The notes under the pieces: generated by a model
Told to the model about the DNA's origin: nothing
Seen by the model: only the letters and a program-made list of their open reading frames with translations
The model's database searches: none
Made by a program: the position numbers and the translations under genes
Source: Myxococcota bacterium
GTDB taxonomy: Bacteria; Myxococcota_A; UBA9160; UBA4427
Length of the DNA stretch: 64,000 nt
Direction: 5' to 3'
Assembly (NCBI GenBank): GCA_965250285.1
Contig: OZ252299.1
Location: 4,480,001-4,544,000, forward strand
Shown: positions 36,865-46,403 of the stretch, piece by piece
How positions within the stretch are numbered: the first letter of the stretch is position 1
How the letters are laid out: the number at the start of each line of letters is the position of its first letter

Positions 36865-38213
36865 AGCTCGGGCGAGGCCGGCTCATCGCTTACTCGGCGC
36901 CATCGCTGGTCACGTCGGTCGCGGCGCTCCCGATGGCGCTCTTCGTGCCCGCGTTCTACGCCGACGACCTCGGCGTACCACTCGCGGCCGTCGGCATCGC
37001 GATCGGCGCCTCGCGACTGCTCGACGTCGTGACCGATCCGCTCATCGGAAGCCTGAGCGATCGCTCGAAGCTGCCGTTCGGGCGTCGCAAGCCCTGGATG
37101 ATCCTGGGCGTCCCGGTCTTCCTGTTCTCGCTCTGGAAGATCTTCGTGCCCGACGAGAACGTCTCAGCGACCTACCTGGGTGTGTGGGCCGCCCTGCTCT
37201 ATCTCGGCTTCACGATGATCGATCTGCCGCACAAGGCCTGGGGCGCCGAGCTCTCGACCGACTACGACGAGCGCTCGCGCGTCACGAGCTGGCGCGAGGG
37301 CATCTCGACCGCCGGGCAGGTGATGCTGCTGGCCGGATTGGTCTGGCTCGCGGGGGAAGGAACCGACGCAGCCGCCGGCCAGCTCCGCGCCATCGCGCTG
37401 ACGATCGTCGTTGCGTTGCCGGTTCTGCTCGCCCTCTGTGTCGGCGTCGTCGGCGAACGCGAGCCCGAAGCGTACGTGCACCCATCCCGTGGCTTCTTCG
37501 CAGGCCTCCGGATCGTGGCACGCAATCCGGCATTCCTGCGCATGGTGGGCTGCGTGCTGTTCTTCGTCTCGGGCGTCGCGATCCAGGGCACGCTCCACCG
37601 CCTGGTCCTGTCGGACGTGATGCTCGACGAAGGGCGGTTCTCGCTGATGATCCTGCTCGAGAACGTCGGGACGCTCGCGGCAATCCCCATCTGGCTCGCG
37701 ATCTCGGTGCGCATCGGCAAGCACCGCGCCTTGATGGCGGCGGCGCTCTGGCTCGCGGCCTGGAGCCTGCCGCTCGTGACCCTGCGTGCGGGCGACGTCG
37801 ACACCCTCGTCGTGATCGTGGTGCTGCGCGGCTCGAGCTTCGCCTCGATCCTGTTCCTCGCCAACTCGATCGCGGCCGACGTGATCGACGTCGACACCCT
37901 CGAGAGCGGAGAGCAGCGGTCGGGCCTCTTCTTCGCGGTCTGGGGCATGGTGATCAAGCTTTCGCTCGCCCTGGGTGTGGTGCTCGCGACGACTCTGCCC
38001 GCGGCGCTGGGCTACGAGCCCGCGAAAGACCAGATCGCGCCCGCGGTGCAGGGGCGCCTGATGATGGTCTACGGCGCCATCCCCGCGCTGCTCATGGGCC
38101 TCGGTGCGCTGTTCCTGCGGCGTTTTCCAATCACGCGGGAGCGCCACGACGAGGTGCGTGCCGAGCTCGAGGCGCGCATGCGTGCCGAGCCCCAGGCGCG
38201 CATGCGCGCGTAG
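36861..38213 (+). CDS. MFS transporter (GPH/MelB-like)
   Basis: DVVTDPLIGSLSD, GRRKPW, ELSTDYDERSR, ADVIDVD..SG.FFAVW..K. Confidence 0.88.
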   Translation: MKLGRGRLIAYSAPSLVTSVAALPMALFVPAFYADDLGVPLAAVGIAIGASRLLDVVTDPLIGSLSDRSKLPFGRRKPWMILGVPVFLFSLWKIFVPDENVSATYLGVWAALLYLGFTMIDLPHKAWGAELSTDYDERSRVTSWREGISTAGQVMLLAGLVWLAGEGTDAAAGQLRAIALTIVVALPVLLALCVGVVGEREPEAYVHPSRGFFAGLRIVARNPAFLRMVGCVLFFVSGVAIQGTLHRLVLSDVMLDEGRFSLMILLENVGTLAAIPIWLAISVRIGKHRALMAAALWLAAWSLPLVTLRAGDVDTLVVIVVLRGSSFASILFLANSIAADVIDVDTLESGEQRSGLFFAVWGMVIKLSLALGVVLATTLPAALGYEPAKDQIAPAVQGRLMMVYGAIPALLMGLGALFLRRFPITRERHDEVRAELEARMRAEPQARMRA

Positions 38214-38483
38214 CCAGCAGCGGCGCGCACCGTGCCAGCTCGCTTCGCCAGTCACATATCTCGCAAGTTGGACAAACCTCGATCGGGCGACGTCCGGTGC
38301 GCCGTTCAGGGTCCGGCAGCGCCTCGCGCTCTGGTATCGTCGGGACGCTCTCGACCAGAACGTTCGAGGTCGAGACCACCGAGATGACGCGCTGGAACGC
38401 GCACGTCGTCGCAACCCCGGCCTGTCCATCGCTCCGGGATCTGCTCACGCAGATCACACGATGAGAGCGTGCGGAGTCAACGC

Positions 38484-40217
38484 ATGAGTGAGAACCCGCC
38501 CGAAAGATCGTTGGCAAACGACCTGCCCCCGTACGAGCCCCAGCGCATCGTCGACGCGCCCTTCGCGGAACGCATCCGCTTGGCGTGCACGATGTGGGCG
38601 GATTCGAGCCCGAATCGACCGAGCGTGATGGCGCTCTACTGGGGCAAGTACTTCTTCGTCCTGATCGGCGTCTGGGCCTTCTGGTGCAGCTTCAATGCCG
38701 GCTACACGGGCTTCTTCCAGTTCGGCGATTGGGTCTTCACCGCCGAGTCGTTCAAGAAGGCCATGGTCTGGTCGATGGCCTGGGAGCTCTTCGGCTTCGG
38801 CTGCGGCTGGGGGCCGATGAATGCCCGCTTCGACAAGTGGTTCGGTGGCTACCGCCACTTCGCGCGGCCGGGGACGATCAAGCTGCCTCTCTTCCGCGGC
38901 GCGCCCCTGATCGGCGGCGACACCCGCAACTACCTCGACGTCGGCGTGTACGTCCTCAACCAGCTGCTGCTCCTGCGCGTGCTGATTGCGCCCGAGGTCA
39001 CGCCGGCGCTGTTGCTGCCCTGCTTCGTGCTCGTCGCCGTGAACGGCGTGCTCGACAAGACCCTCTTCCTCTGTGCGCGCTACGAGCACTACTGGGTGGT
39101 GATGGCGGCGCTGGTCTTCGCGTCGGCGAACGACGTCTGGATCGGCGGGTCGAAGCTGGTGTGGTCGTTCATCTGGATCTGGGCGGCCGTCTCGAAGTGG
39201 AACCGCCTCTTCTCGTCCGTGATCATGTTCATGATGAACAATGGGCCGTTCTTCCCCAAGTTCCTCAAGAAGCGGCTCTTCACGAACTTCCCCGACGACC
39301 TTCGCCCCTCGCCGTTCGCCGAGCGGATGGCGCTCTTCGGCCACATCTCCGAGTTCTCGATCCCGTTCATTCTGGCGATCGGAGCGTTCACGGGCGAGCC
39401 CCTGATCATCCTCGCGGGCTGCATCCTCTTCACCGGGTTCCACACCTTCATCGGGATCAACAACCCGAACGGGATGCCGGTCGAGTGGAACATTCTCATG
39501 ATCTACGGCGGGTGGTTCCTCTTCTGGTTCAACCCCCAGGCGTCGATCCTCGACTTGACCGCGACCCCGATCCTGTTCGCGGCCATGCTCTTTTCTCTCG
39601 TCGTCGTACCGACGGTCGGCAATCTGTTCCCAGCCAAGGTCTCGTTCCTGCCGTCGATGCGTTACTACGCCGGCAACTGGGCGTACAACATCTGGCTCTT
39701 CAAGAAGGGCGGTGCGGTCGACAAGCTCGCGAAGCTCAAGAAGTCGAGCGCGCCCGTCTACGAGCAGCTGAAGGAGTACGTCGAGGATCCGATCGAGCTC
39801 GAAGCCGCCAAGACGGTGATGAGCGTCAGCCGCTTCATGCACTTCGAAGGACGTCCGCTCCTCGAGGCACTGCCCGTCGCCGTCGACGACATCGAAGACT
39901 ACGACTGGTACGAGGGCGAGCTCGTCGGCGGGATGATCCTCGGCTGGAACTTCGGCGACGGTCACCTGAACGGTGAGCAGCTGATGCGTGCGATCCAGCC
40001 CATCTGCGGTTTCGAAGAGGGCGAGCTGCGCATCATCTCGGTGGAGAGTCAGCCCCTCTTCACGCCGACGATGCACTGGCGCGTCTTCGACGCGGCGGCG
40101 GGCAAGCTGACCGAAGGCGTCACGAACCTCGACGACTACGAAGACCACCAACCGTGGCCGACGGGCGAAGCCGCGGCCGCGCTGTCGAGTCGAGCGGGCG
40201 AGGCCGCCTCGGCTTGA
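38484..40217 (+). CDS. DUF3556 family multi-pass membrane protein
   Basis: SFLPSMRYYAGNWA, LGWNFGDGHL, GELRIISVESQP, many TM segments. Confidence 0.8.
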   Translation: MSENPPERSLANDLPPYEPQRIVDAPFAERIRLACTMWADSSPNRPSVMALYWGKYFFVLIGVWAFWCSFNAGYTGFFQFGDWVFTAESFKKAMVWSMAWELFGFGCGWGPMNARFDKWFGGYRHFARPGTIKLPLFRGAPLIGGDTRNYLDVGVYVLNQLLLLRVLIAPEVTPALLLPCFVLVAVNGVLDKTLFLCARYEHYWVVMAALVFASANDVWIGGSKLVWSFIWIWAAVSKWNRLFSSVIMFMMNNGPFFPKFLKKRLFTNFPDDLRPSPFAERMALFGHISEFSIPFILAIGAFTGEPLIILAGCILFTGFHTFIGINNPNGMPVEWNILMIYGGWFLFWFNPQASILDLTATPILFAAMLFSLVVVPTVGNLFPAKVSFLPSMRYYAGNWAYNIWLFKKGGAVDKLAKLKKSSAPVYEQLKEYVEDPIELEAAKTVMSVSRFMHFEGRPLLEALPVAVDDIEDYDWYEGELVGGMILGWNFGDGHLNGEQLMRAIQPICGFEEGELRIISVESQPLFTPTMHWRVFDAAAGKLTEGVTNLDDYEDHQPWPTGEAAAALSSRAGEAASA

Positions 40218-41644
40218 GTGCGTCGTCTGGCGAGGTCGATGCCGTCGTCGTCGGCTCGGGCCCGAACGGGCTCGCAGCCGCCGTTCGACTCGCGGAGGCG
40301 GGGCGATCCGTTCTCGTCCGCGAGGCGAACGAGTACATCGGCGGCGGTCTGCACAGTGAAGAGATGACCCTCCCGGGCTTCCTCCACGACACGTGCTCGG
40401 CCGTCCACCCGATGGGCATCCTCTCGCCCTACCTGTCGCAGCTGCCCCTCGACAAGCACGGCCTCGAGTGGGCGGCGTCGGACATCTCGTTCGCGCACCC
40501 GCTCGACGATCGCCCGGCGGTCCTGCATCAGAAGGACATCTCGCTCGTCACGGAGCAGCTCGGCCCCGATGCGAAGCGGTACGAGCGACTCGTTCGGCCC
40601 TTGGCGAAGAACGTGCCCGCGCTCGTCGCCGACTCGCTCGCGCCGCTTCGAATCCCTCGCGCGCCGATCTCGTTCGCGCATTTCGGGCTGCTCGGCGCGC
40701 TCCCGGCTCGGACACTCGCGCGTCTCTTCTTCGAGGACGAGCCGGCGCGCGCGCTGGTGGCGGGGTGCTCGGGCCACTCGATCCTGCCGCTGACGCGCCC
40801 CTTCTCGGCGGCCGTCGGCCTCATGTTCATCTTGACCGGCCACGAGGCCGTCTGGCCGGTGGCGCGCGGCGGCTCACGCGCGATCGCGCAGGCCCTCGCG
40901 TCGTATCTCGAGTCGCTGGGCGGGCGAATCGAGACCGGCGTACCCGTCGACTCGATCGCCGAGCTACCGCGGGCGCGCGCCGTCTTGTTCGACACGTCGC
41001 CCCGCGAGCTGGTTCGGGTCGCCGGCGACGAGCTGCCGGCTTCGTACAAGCGGCGCCTTGGCCGGTATCGCTACGGCCCCGGCGTCTTCAAGCTCGACTG
41101 GGCGCTCGATGGGCCGATCCCGTGGAAGGACGAGCGCGTGACGATGGCGTCCACCGTGCACGTCGGCGGCACCCTCGACGAGATCTCCGCCTCTGAGAAG
41201 GCCGCGTTCATCGGGCAGCACACCGATCGCCCATACGTCATGGTCTGCCAGCAAAGCGATCTCGATCCGTCGCGTGCGCCGGAAGGCAAACGAACCGGGT
41301 ACGCGTACTGTCACGTCCCGCACGGCTCGACCGCCGACATGACCCAGGCGATCGAGAGCCAGATCGAGCGGTTCGCGCCCGGCTTCAAGGACCGTATTCT
41401 CGAGCGCCGCACACTCAGCCCAGCGGGGCTCGAAGCCATGAATCGAAGTCTCGTCGGCGGAGCGGTCACGGGCGGCGTCGCCGACGCATTCCAGCTCTTC
41501 ACGCGGCCTGTCGCACGACTCAACCCCTACACGACACCGAACCCGCGCGTGTTCATCTGCTCGGCCTCGACGCCGCCGGGCGGTGGTGTCCACGGCATGT
41601 GCGGGTACTGGGGTGCCGAAGCGGCGCTGAAGAGACTTCAGTAG
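40214..41644 (+). CDS. Phytoene dehydrogenase-like NAD(P)/FAD-dependent oxidoreductase
   Basis: VVGSGPNGLAAA, PGFLHDTCSAVHP, CSASTPPGGGVHGMCG. TTGA overlap with DUF3556. Confidence 0.88.
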   Translation: MSASSGEVDAVVVGSGPNGLAAAVRLAEAGRSVLVREANEYIGGGLHSEEMTLPGFLHDTCSAVHPMGILSPYLSQLPLDKHGLEWAASDISFAHPLDDRPAVLHQKDISLVTEQLGPDAKRYERLVRPLAKNVPALVADSLAPLRIPRAPISFAHFGLLGALPARTLARLFFEDEPARALVAGCSGHSILPLTRPFSAAVGLMFILTGHEAVWPVARGGSRAIAQALASYLESLGGRIETGVPVDSIAELPRARAVLFDTSPRELVRVAGDELPASYKRRLGRYRYGPGVFKLDWALDGPIPWKDERVTMASTVHVGGTLDEISASEKAAFIGQHTDRPYVMVCQQSDLDPSRAPEGKRTGYAYCHVPHGSTADMTQAIESQIERFAPGFKDRILERRTLSPAGLEAMNRSLVGGAVTGGVADAFQLFTRPVARLNPYTTPNPRVFICSASTPPGGGVHGMCGYWGAEAALKRLQ

Positions 41645-41840
41645 GGCGAGCCGCGCCGCCCACGAGCGCTCGATCGACGACGCGCAACGAATCGATCACT
41701 CGAAGTCTGCGACTGGCCTCGGGGCTCACGCGGCACTCGGCCACTTTCGGAGCAGCAAGCACACTCGGTCGTCTCGCTCCGAGCCCTGATCGGTTCTTCG
41801 CCGAGAAGCCGACTTAGGCGCTTGCCCACGTCGACCCGAC

Positions 41841-42317
41841 TCAGGTCTTCGGACGCCGCAACCTCGCGGCCTCGTCGTCGACGTCGTGGCGCCGTCGAAT
41901 CTGCAGGATCTGCTGCGCGATGACGTCGGGGGTCCAGCTGTACATCGGATCGGCCGGCTTGGCTGTGGAAGGCTTCTGGCACATCGGGCGTCGCCGGCCC
42001 CACAAGAGGAGATACGGACACTTCTCCTCTTGAGCCACTCGCACCTCGATCGACACGGGGTACGAACCCTCGGTGTGCTCGCCACAGATCACGATGACCT
42101 GATCGACGCTCCGAATCACGGCGCGCAGGCGCTCCTCGCCGCCTTTGTCTGCGGTCGACACCGTCGACGTCGCGGTGACGTCGAAGCCCGACGCGGCTTC
42201 GGCCGCCTGGGCGAGGAGCAGATTCAGCAAGTCGCCGTCGTGCTCGAGGTCGCAGCTGGCATACACCCGAACGTTGACACCCGCATCGCCGGGCTCCGAG
42301 AGATCGTGTCTGGTCAT
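41841..42317 (-). CDS. TIR-like domain protein (ThsB/MTH538/DUF1863 type)
   Basis: [54 protein letters not shown]. Confidence 0.75.
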   Translation of the reverse strand: MTRHDLSEPGDAGVNVRVYASCDLEHDGDLLNLLLAQAAEAASGFDVTATSTVSTADKGGEERLRAVIRSVDQVIVICGEHTEGSYPVSIEVRVAQEEKCPYLLLWGRRRPMCQKPSTAKPADPMYSWTPDVIAQQILQIRRRHDVDDEAARLRRPKT

Positions 42318-42631
42318 GTGTCGGCCTCCCAGGGATCGTCTGCGCAACGTGCAGGCGGCACGTGGCGATCACCTCCCGGGCATCCCTTGGCGTCGGTGCT
42401 GCACCGAATCGAAGGCGGCCTAGGTCCGTACGCTCACGGTTCGAGGAGCGACGTCTCGCATCCTCGAGAGCATAGAGCCTTTCATGAGGGCAGGGCCGGA
42501 TCGAACGATTGGCTTCGATCGCTGCGCGACGTGCGCGCCAGGCGTCCCGGCGCCCAAACCCGCCGCAGTCCCCCGTGTGCTAGGTTCGGGGGCATCGAGC
42601 AGGCGCGATCCGCGGCTGCTCTGCTTGCAAG

Positions 42632-42659
42632 CGCATCCCGAAGCGGGCACGACGCGAAC
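42632..42659 (+). promoter_or_regulatory. Putative SigK-like ECF promoter upstream of the cold-shock gene
   Basis: CGCATCC-N16-CGAAC about 190 nt before TTG 42849. Confidence 0.45.
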
Positions 42660-42848
42660 CGCGCCGTCTCGCTGAGGGGATCTCGGCTCCACGGTGGAGC
42701 CCATCGATCGAGCGCTGCAACGACCCCTGGCCCCCTCGAACGGCCTCCATGTTTCAACGTGGGCACCACTGTGGCAGGCGGCTCCGGCCGTCACGGGCCG
42801 GTGACTTCGAGTATCCGGGTACGGGGCTCAACGGAAGAGAGCAAGAGT

Positions 42849-43052
42849 TTGTCAAACGGTACAGTCAAGTGGTTCAGCGACGAGAAGGGCTACGGCTTCA
42901 TTACGCCCGAGGACGGGTCCCAGGACCTCTTCGTCCATCATTCGAACATCCTGGGTGAAGGCTTCAAGTCGCTGAGCGACGGTCAAGCAGTGACCTACGA
43001 AGCCGCCGAGGGCCGCAAGGGCCCCGAGGCAACGAGCGTTCAGCCGCGATAG
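42849..43052 (+). CDS. cspA: Cold-shock protein
   Basis: TTG start. [15 protein letters not shown] (RNP1), LFVHHS (RNP2), GFKSL. Confidence 0.95.
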   Translation: MSNGTVKWFSDEKGYGFITPEDGSQDLFVHHSNILGEGFKSLSDGQAVTYEAAEGRKGPEATSVQPR

Positions 43053-43259
43053 GCCCAGATCCGTCTCGTGCGGCGCTGTCGAGGCGCACGGCATTCCGGT
43101 CGGGTCCCGACTGGATCTGTGCGGGCGCAGACAGTGCCGTCGCAGTTGCAACACCGTCGGCGACGGCTCGCATTCGAGTCGTCGCCGACGCGTCTCACGC
43201 ACGGCCCGCGGATTCGCGCGGGGTTCTTCCTCACTGCGATTGGTTTCTCGGGGGTGCCG

Positions 43260-43874
43260 GTGCTTGAGCACAGTCAATCGACCACTCACGCCGACGTATC
43301 GAATGTCGTCGATGCGATTCGAGAGACGAGCACCCTCCTTTCATCCTCGTCTCGAGCAGACTACGTGTGCACCGAGCTCTTCTGCGTCGATCGGGCACTC
43401 TGCCGAATTCAATCGCAAGGTCTCGCCAGCGGGTCGGTGTTCTGCGATTGGGGGAGCGGGCTCGGAGGCGTGTGCATCATCGCCGCCCTCCATGGTTTCG
43501 AGTCGTACGGGATCGAGATCGACGCGAGACTCGTGACTGCGTCGAGAGCGTTGGCGGCGGATCTCGATCTTCCCGTCACCTATGCCGAGGGCTCATTCTT
43601 GCAGCCCGGAGACGAAAGCCTGCTGGCCGACCCTCCGCTCCGAACGCAGCTCGTATTCGATGGCGAAGCATGGCGTCGACTCCGACGCCGCCCGATCGAC
43701 TGCGACGTGGTCTTCTCGTACCCGTGGCCGGGTGACGAGTCGTTCGTCGAGCGCGTGTTCACGTCTCGTGCTCAGGAAGGCGCGCTTCTGCTGACGTTTC
43801 ACGACTTCGACCGCATACTGGCTCAAAGGAAGGTCTCGGAGGCCGGGGATCTCGACACCATCGGTTGGCTCTGA
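43260..43874 (+). CDS. Class I SAM-dependent methyltransferase, start uncertain
   Basis: FCDWGSGLG, YGIEID, GSF, DVVFSYPWP. Confidence 0.75.
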   Translation: MLEHSQSTTHADVSNVVDAIRETSTLLSSSSRADYVCTELFCVDRALCRIQSQGLASGSVFCDWGSGLGGVCIIAALHGFESYGIEIDARLVTASRALAADLDLPVTYAEGSFLQPGDESLLADPPLRTQLVFDGEAWRRLRRRPIDCDVVFSYPWPGDESFVERVFTSRAQEGALLLTFHDFDRILAQRKVSEAGDLDTIGWL

Positions 43875-43916
43875 CGCGTTTCCTCAGGCGAAAGCACGGA
43901 GGCCTCGAACCGAGCC

Positions 43917-44924
43917 GTGGGTCGCATTACGACACTGTTCGTGCACAAGATCGTCGCGCAGGTCGCACCCGGCATCGACCGAGCCGAGCTGCTTCGCAGT
44001 GTCGGCGTCGATCCCGATCGGCCCATCGACCCCAAGGCAATGATCGACGATGCCGAGTACTACGCGTTGCTCGAGCGCATTGCCGAAGCCGACGCGGCGG
44101 CGGTCGACCTGCCCCTGCGCACGGGCGCCTCGATGCGGTGCGACGAGTACGGCGCGCTGGGTCTGGCGATGAAGTCGGCTCCGACGGCACGGGGATCGTT
44201 CGAGCGCGCCGAGCGATACGCACGCGTCCTGACGAGCGTGTCGACCTACGAAGTGCGTGAGACGGGCGACGGCGTTTACGTGCATCTCCACCGCGAGGGC
44301 GAGCGGCGGCTGGGGCTGCGGCTCTCGAACGAAGCGACGATCGCGAGCCTGTTCTCGATCGCACGCGAGGTCTCGACCGCGCCCCCGCAGCCGTCGCGAA
44401 TCATGCTGAAGCACGCTGCGCCCGGGGTGCACCCTCCGCACGCCGACTTCTTCGGCTGTCCCGTCGAGTTCACAGCCGAGCACGATGCATTGCTCTACGC
44501 GCCGGGCGCACTCGAGCAGCCCAACCGCATCGGCGACCCGAGCGTGGTTCGCTTCTTCGATACCCACCTCGCAGCCGAGCTGGCTGAGCTCGAGGACGAC
44601 GAAGCGCTGGATCGCCGCGTCGAGATCGAGGTCTCGAAGACCTTGAGCGACGGCGTGCCCAAGATCAGCGACGTCGCTCGCGGGCTCGGGATGAGTGGCC
44701 GGACGCTTCAGCGACGTCTTGCCGATCAGGGCCTCTCATTCCAGGGCCTGGTCGACACCGCGCGGCGTAAGCTCGCCGAGAAGCTGCTTCGCGAGACCGA
44801 CTATCCGCTCGCCGAGATCGCCTTCCTCACCGGGTTCGCGGAGCAGAGCGCATTCAATCGTGCCTTCAAGCGCTGGGGCGGACAGACGCCCCGGTCGTAT
44901 CGAATCTCGACGCGCGGCGACTGA
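43917..44924 (+). CDS. AraC family transcriptional regulator
   Basis: GMSGRTLQRRL, EIAFLTGFAEQSAFNRAFKRWGGQTPRSYR. Confidence 0.93.
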   Translation: MGRITTLFVHKIVAQVAPGIDRAELLRSVGVDPDRPIDPKAMIDDAEYYALLERIAEADAAAVDLPLRTGASMRCDEYGALGLAMKSAPTARGSFERAERYARVLTSVSTYEVRETGDGVYVHLHREGERRLGLRLSNEATIASLFSIAREVSTAPPQPSRIMLKHAAPGVHPPHADFFGCPVEFTAEHDALLYAPGALEQPNRIGDPSVVRFFDTHLAAELAELEDDEALDRRVEIEVSKTLSDGVPKISDVARGLGMSGRTLQRRLADQGLSFQGLVDTARRKLAEKLLRETDYPLAEIAFLTGFAEQSAFNRAFKRWGGQTPRSYRISTRGD

Positions 44925-44930
44925 CGCGCG

Positions 44931-44943
44931 CCCCCCCCCCCCC
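44931..44943. repeat. C13 homopolymer tract
   Basis: Read directly. Lies immediately upstream of the putative AraC sites. Confidence 0.85.
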
Positions 44944-44951
44944 GGCCGCCT

Positions 44952-44988
44952 TGGCGCACACGGTCAATCCTCTGTCGCGGCCGGCCAA
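44952..44988 (+). promoter_or_regulatory. Putative tandem AraC-binding direct repeats
   Basis: TGGCGC-N4-GGTCAA and TGTCGC-N4-GGCCAA with a 21-bp period, upstream of the NmrA gene. Confidence 0.55.
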
Positions 44989-45069
44989 GAACGCATCCCG
45001 TGCCGCTCGTAGCTTCAGCTCCGAATGAAGGCCAGGGCCTGTCGCCCGGCCGCATATCAGGAGCAAGCC

Positions 45070-45924
45070 ATGACCCGAAAGAACCTCGACCCCCAGCGAC
45101 CGATCCTCGTTCTCGGTGCGACCGGCAAGACCGGACGCAGGATCATTCAGATGCTCGCCGACGAGGGTGTGCCGACGCGCGCCGGCTCGCGCTCGGCCGT
45201 GCCCGCCTTCGACTGGAACGACGAGGCCGGCTGGGACGCCTGCCTCGAAGGCGTGCGCGCCGTCTACATCAACTACGCACCCGACCTCGCGATGCCCGGG
45301 GCCACCGACGCGATCCGCACTCTGGTCGAGAAGGCGAGACGCGCCGGCGTCGAGCGGCTCGTGATCCTCTCGGGTCGCGGTGAAGAAGAGGCCCAGGCGT
45401 GCGAGCGCATCGTGCAGGCGAGCGACCTCGACTGGACGCTCGTGCGCGCGAGCTGGTTCAACCAGAACTTCAGCGAGGGCGCCTTCGTCGATCTCGTGCA
45501 GGCCGGACAGATCGCACTGTCGGCCGGCGACGTGCCCGAACCTTTCGTCGACGTGCAGGACATCGCCGAGGTCGCCGTCGCCGCATTGACGCAGCCCGGC
45601 CACTCGGGCGAGGTCTACGAGGTGACCGGGCCGCGGATGCTGACCTTCGCAGAGGCGGCGGCCGAGATCGGTCGAGCGACGGGCCGCGATGTCCGGTACG
45701 TCCAGGTGCCCCACGACGCCTTCGTCGAAGGGGTTGCAAGCTCGGGCGCGCCGAAGGACGTGGTCTGGATGCTCGACTATCTCTTCGCGACGGTGCTCGA
45801 CGGCCGCAACGCCCACGTGACCGACGGCGTGCAGCGCGCCCTCGGTCGCCCGCCCCGGGACTTTGCCGACTACTGCCGTGAGATCGCCGCATCAGGCCTT
45901 TGGAACGCGAAGGAGGTGGCGTGA
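45070..45924 (+). CDS. NmrA family NAD(P)-binding protein
   Basis: ILVLGATGKTGRR, RASWFNQNF, FVDVQDIAEVA, YEVTGP. Confidence 0.9.
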   Translation: MTRKNLDPQRPILVLGATGKTGRRIIQMLADEGVPTRAGSRSAVPAFDWNDEAGWDACLEGVRAVYINYAPDLAMPGATDAIRTLVEKARRAGVERLVILSGRGEEEAQACERIVQASDLDWTLVRASWFNQNFSEGAFVDLVQAGQIALSAGDVPEPFVDVQDIAEVAVAALTQPGHSGEVYEVTGPRMLTFAEAAAEIGRATGRDVRYVQVPHDAFVEGVASSGAPKDVVWMLDYLFATVLDGRNAHVTDGVQRALGRPPRDFADYCREIAASGLWNAKEVA

Positions 45925-46403
45925 TGTCGACGACCCTTCCGCTCCTCGTCGGGCTCGCCACGCTCGGCTCTGCACTGATCGCGGGGACGTTCTTTGCTTT
46001 CTCGAGCTTCATCATGCGTGCGCTCGGTGATCTACCGCCGGCGGCCGGCATCGCGGCGATGCAGCGCATCAACGTGGTGGTACTGAATCGCTCGTTCCTC
46101 GGTGCCTTCATGGGCACCGCCGTCGTGTCGCTCGGAGTCGGCGTGCTCGCAGTGTTCGGCTCGGATCATCCGGGCGCGGCCTGGTTTGTCGCCGGCGCGA
46201 TGCTCTATCTGCTGGGGACGTTCGCGGTCACCGCGGCGGGCAACGTACCGCTCAACGATCGACTCGCCGCGGTCGAGGCCGAAACGCCCGCCGCGGCCGA
46301 GGTCTGGTCGCACTACCTGGTTCGCTGGACGCGGCTGAACACGCTCCGAACCGCAGCCGCCGCGTTGGCCGTCGCGGCCTTCTGCGTCGGTCTATCGCGG
46401 TGA
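45924..46403 (+). CDS. DUF1772/anthrone oxygenase family membrane protein
   Basis: FFAFSSFIM.AL, AMQRIN, GNVPLNDRL, W..Y..RWT..N..RT. Confidence 0.88.
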   Translation: MSTTLPLLVGLATLGSALIAGTFFAFSSFIMRALGDLPPAAGIAAMQRINVVVLNRSFLGAFMGTAVVSLGVGVLAVFGSDHPGAAWFVAGAMLYLLGTFAVTAAGNVPLNDRLAAVEAETPAAAEVWSHYLVRWTRLNTLRTAAAALAVAAFCVGLSR

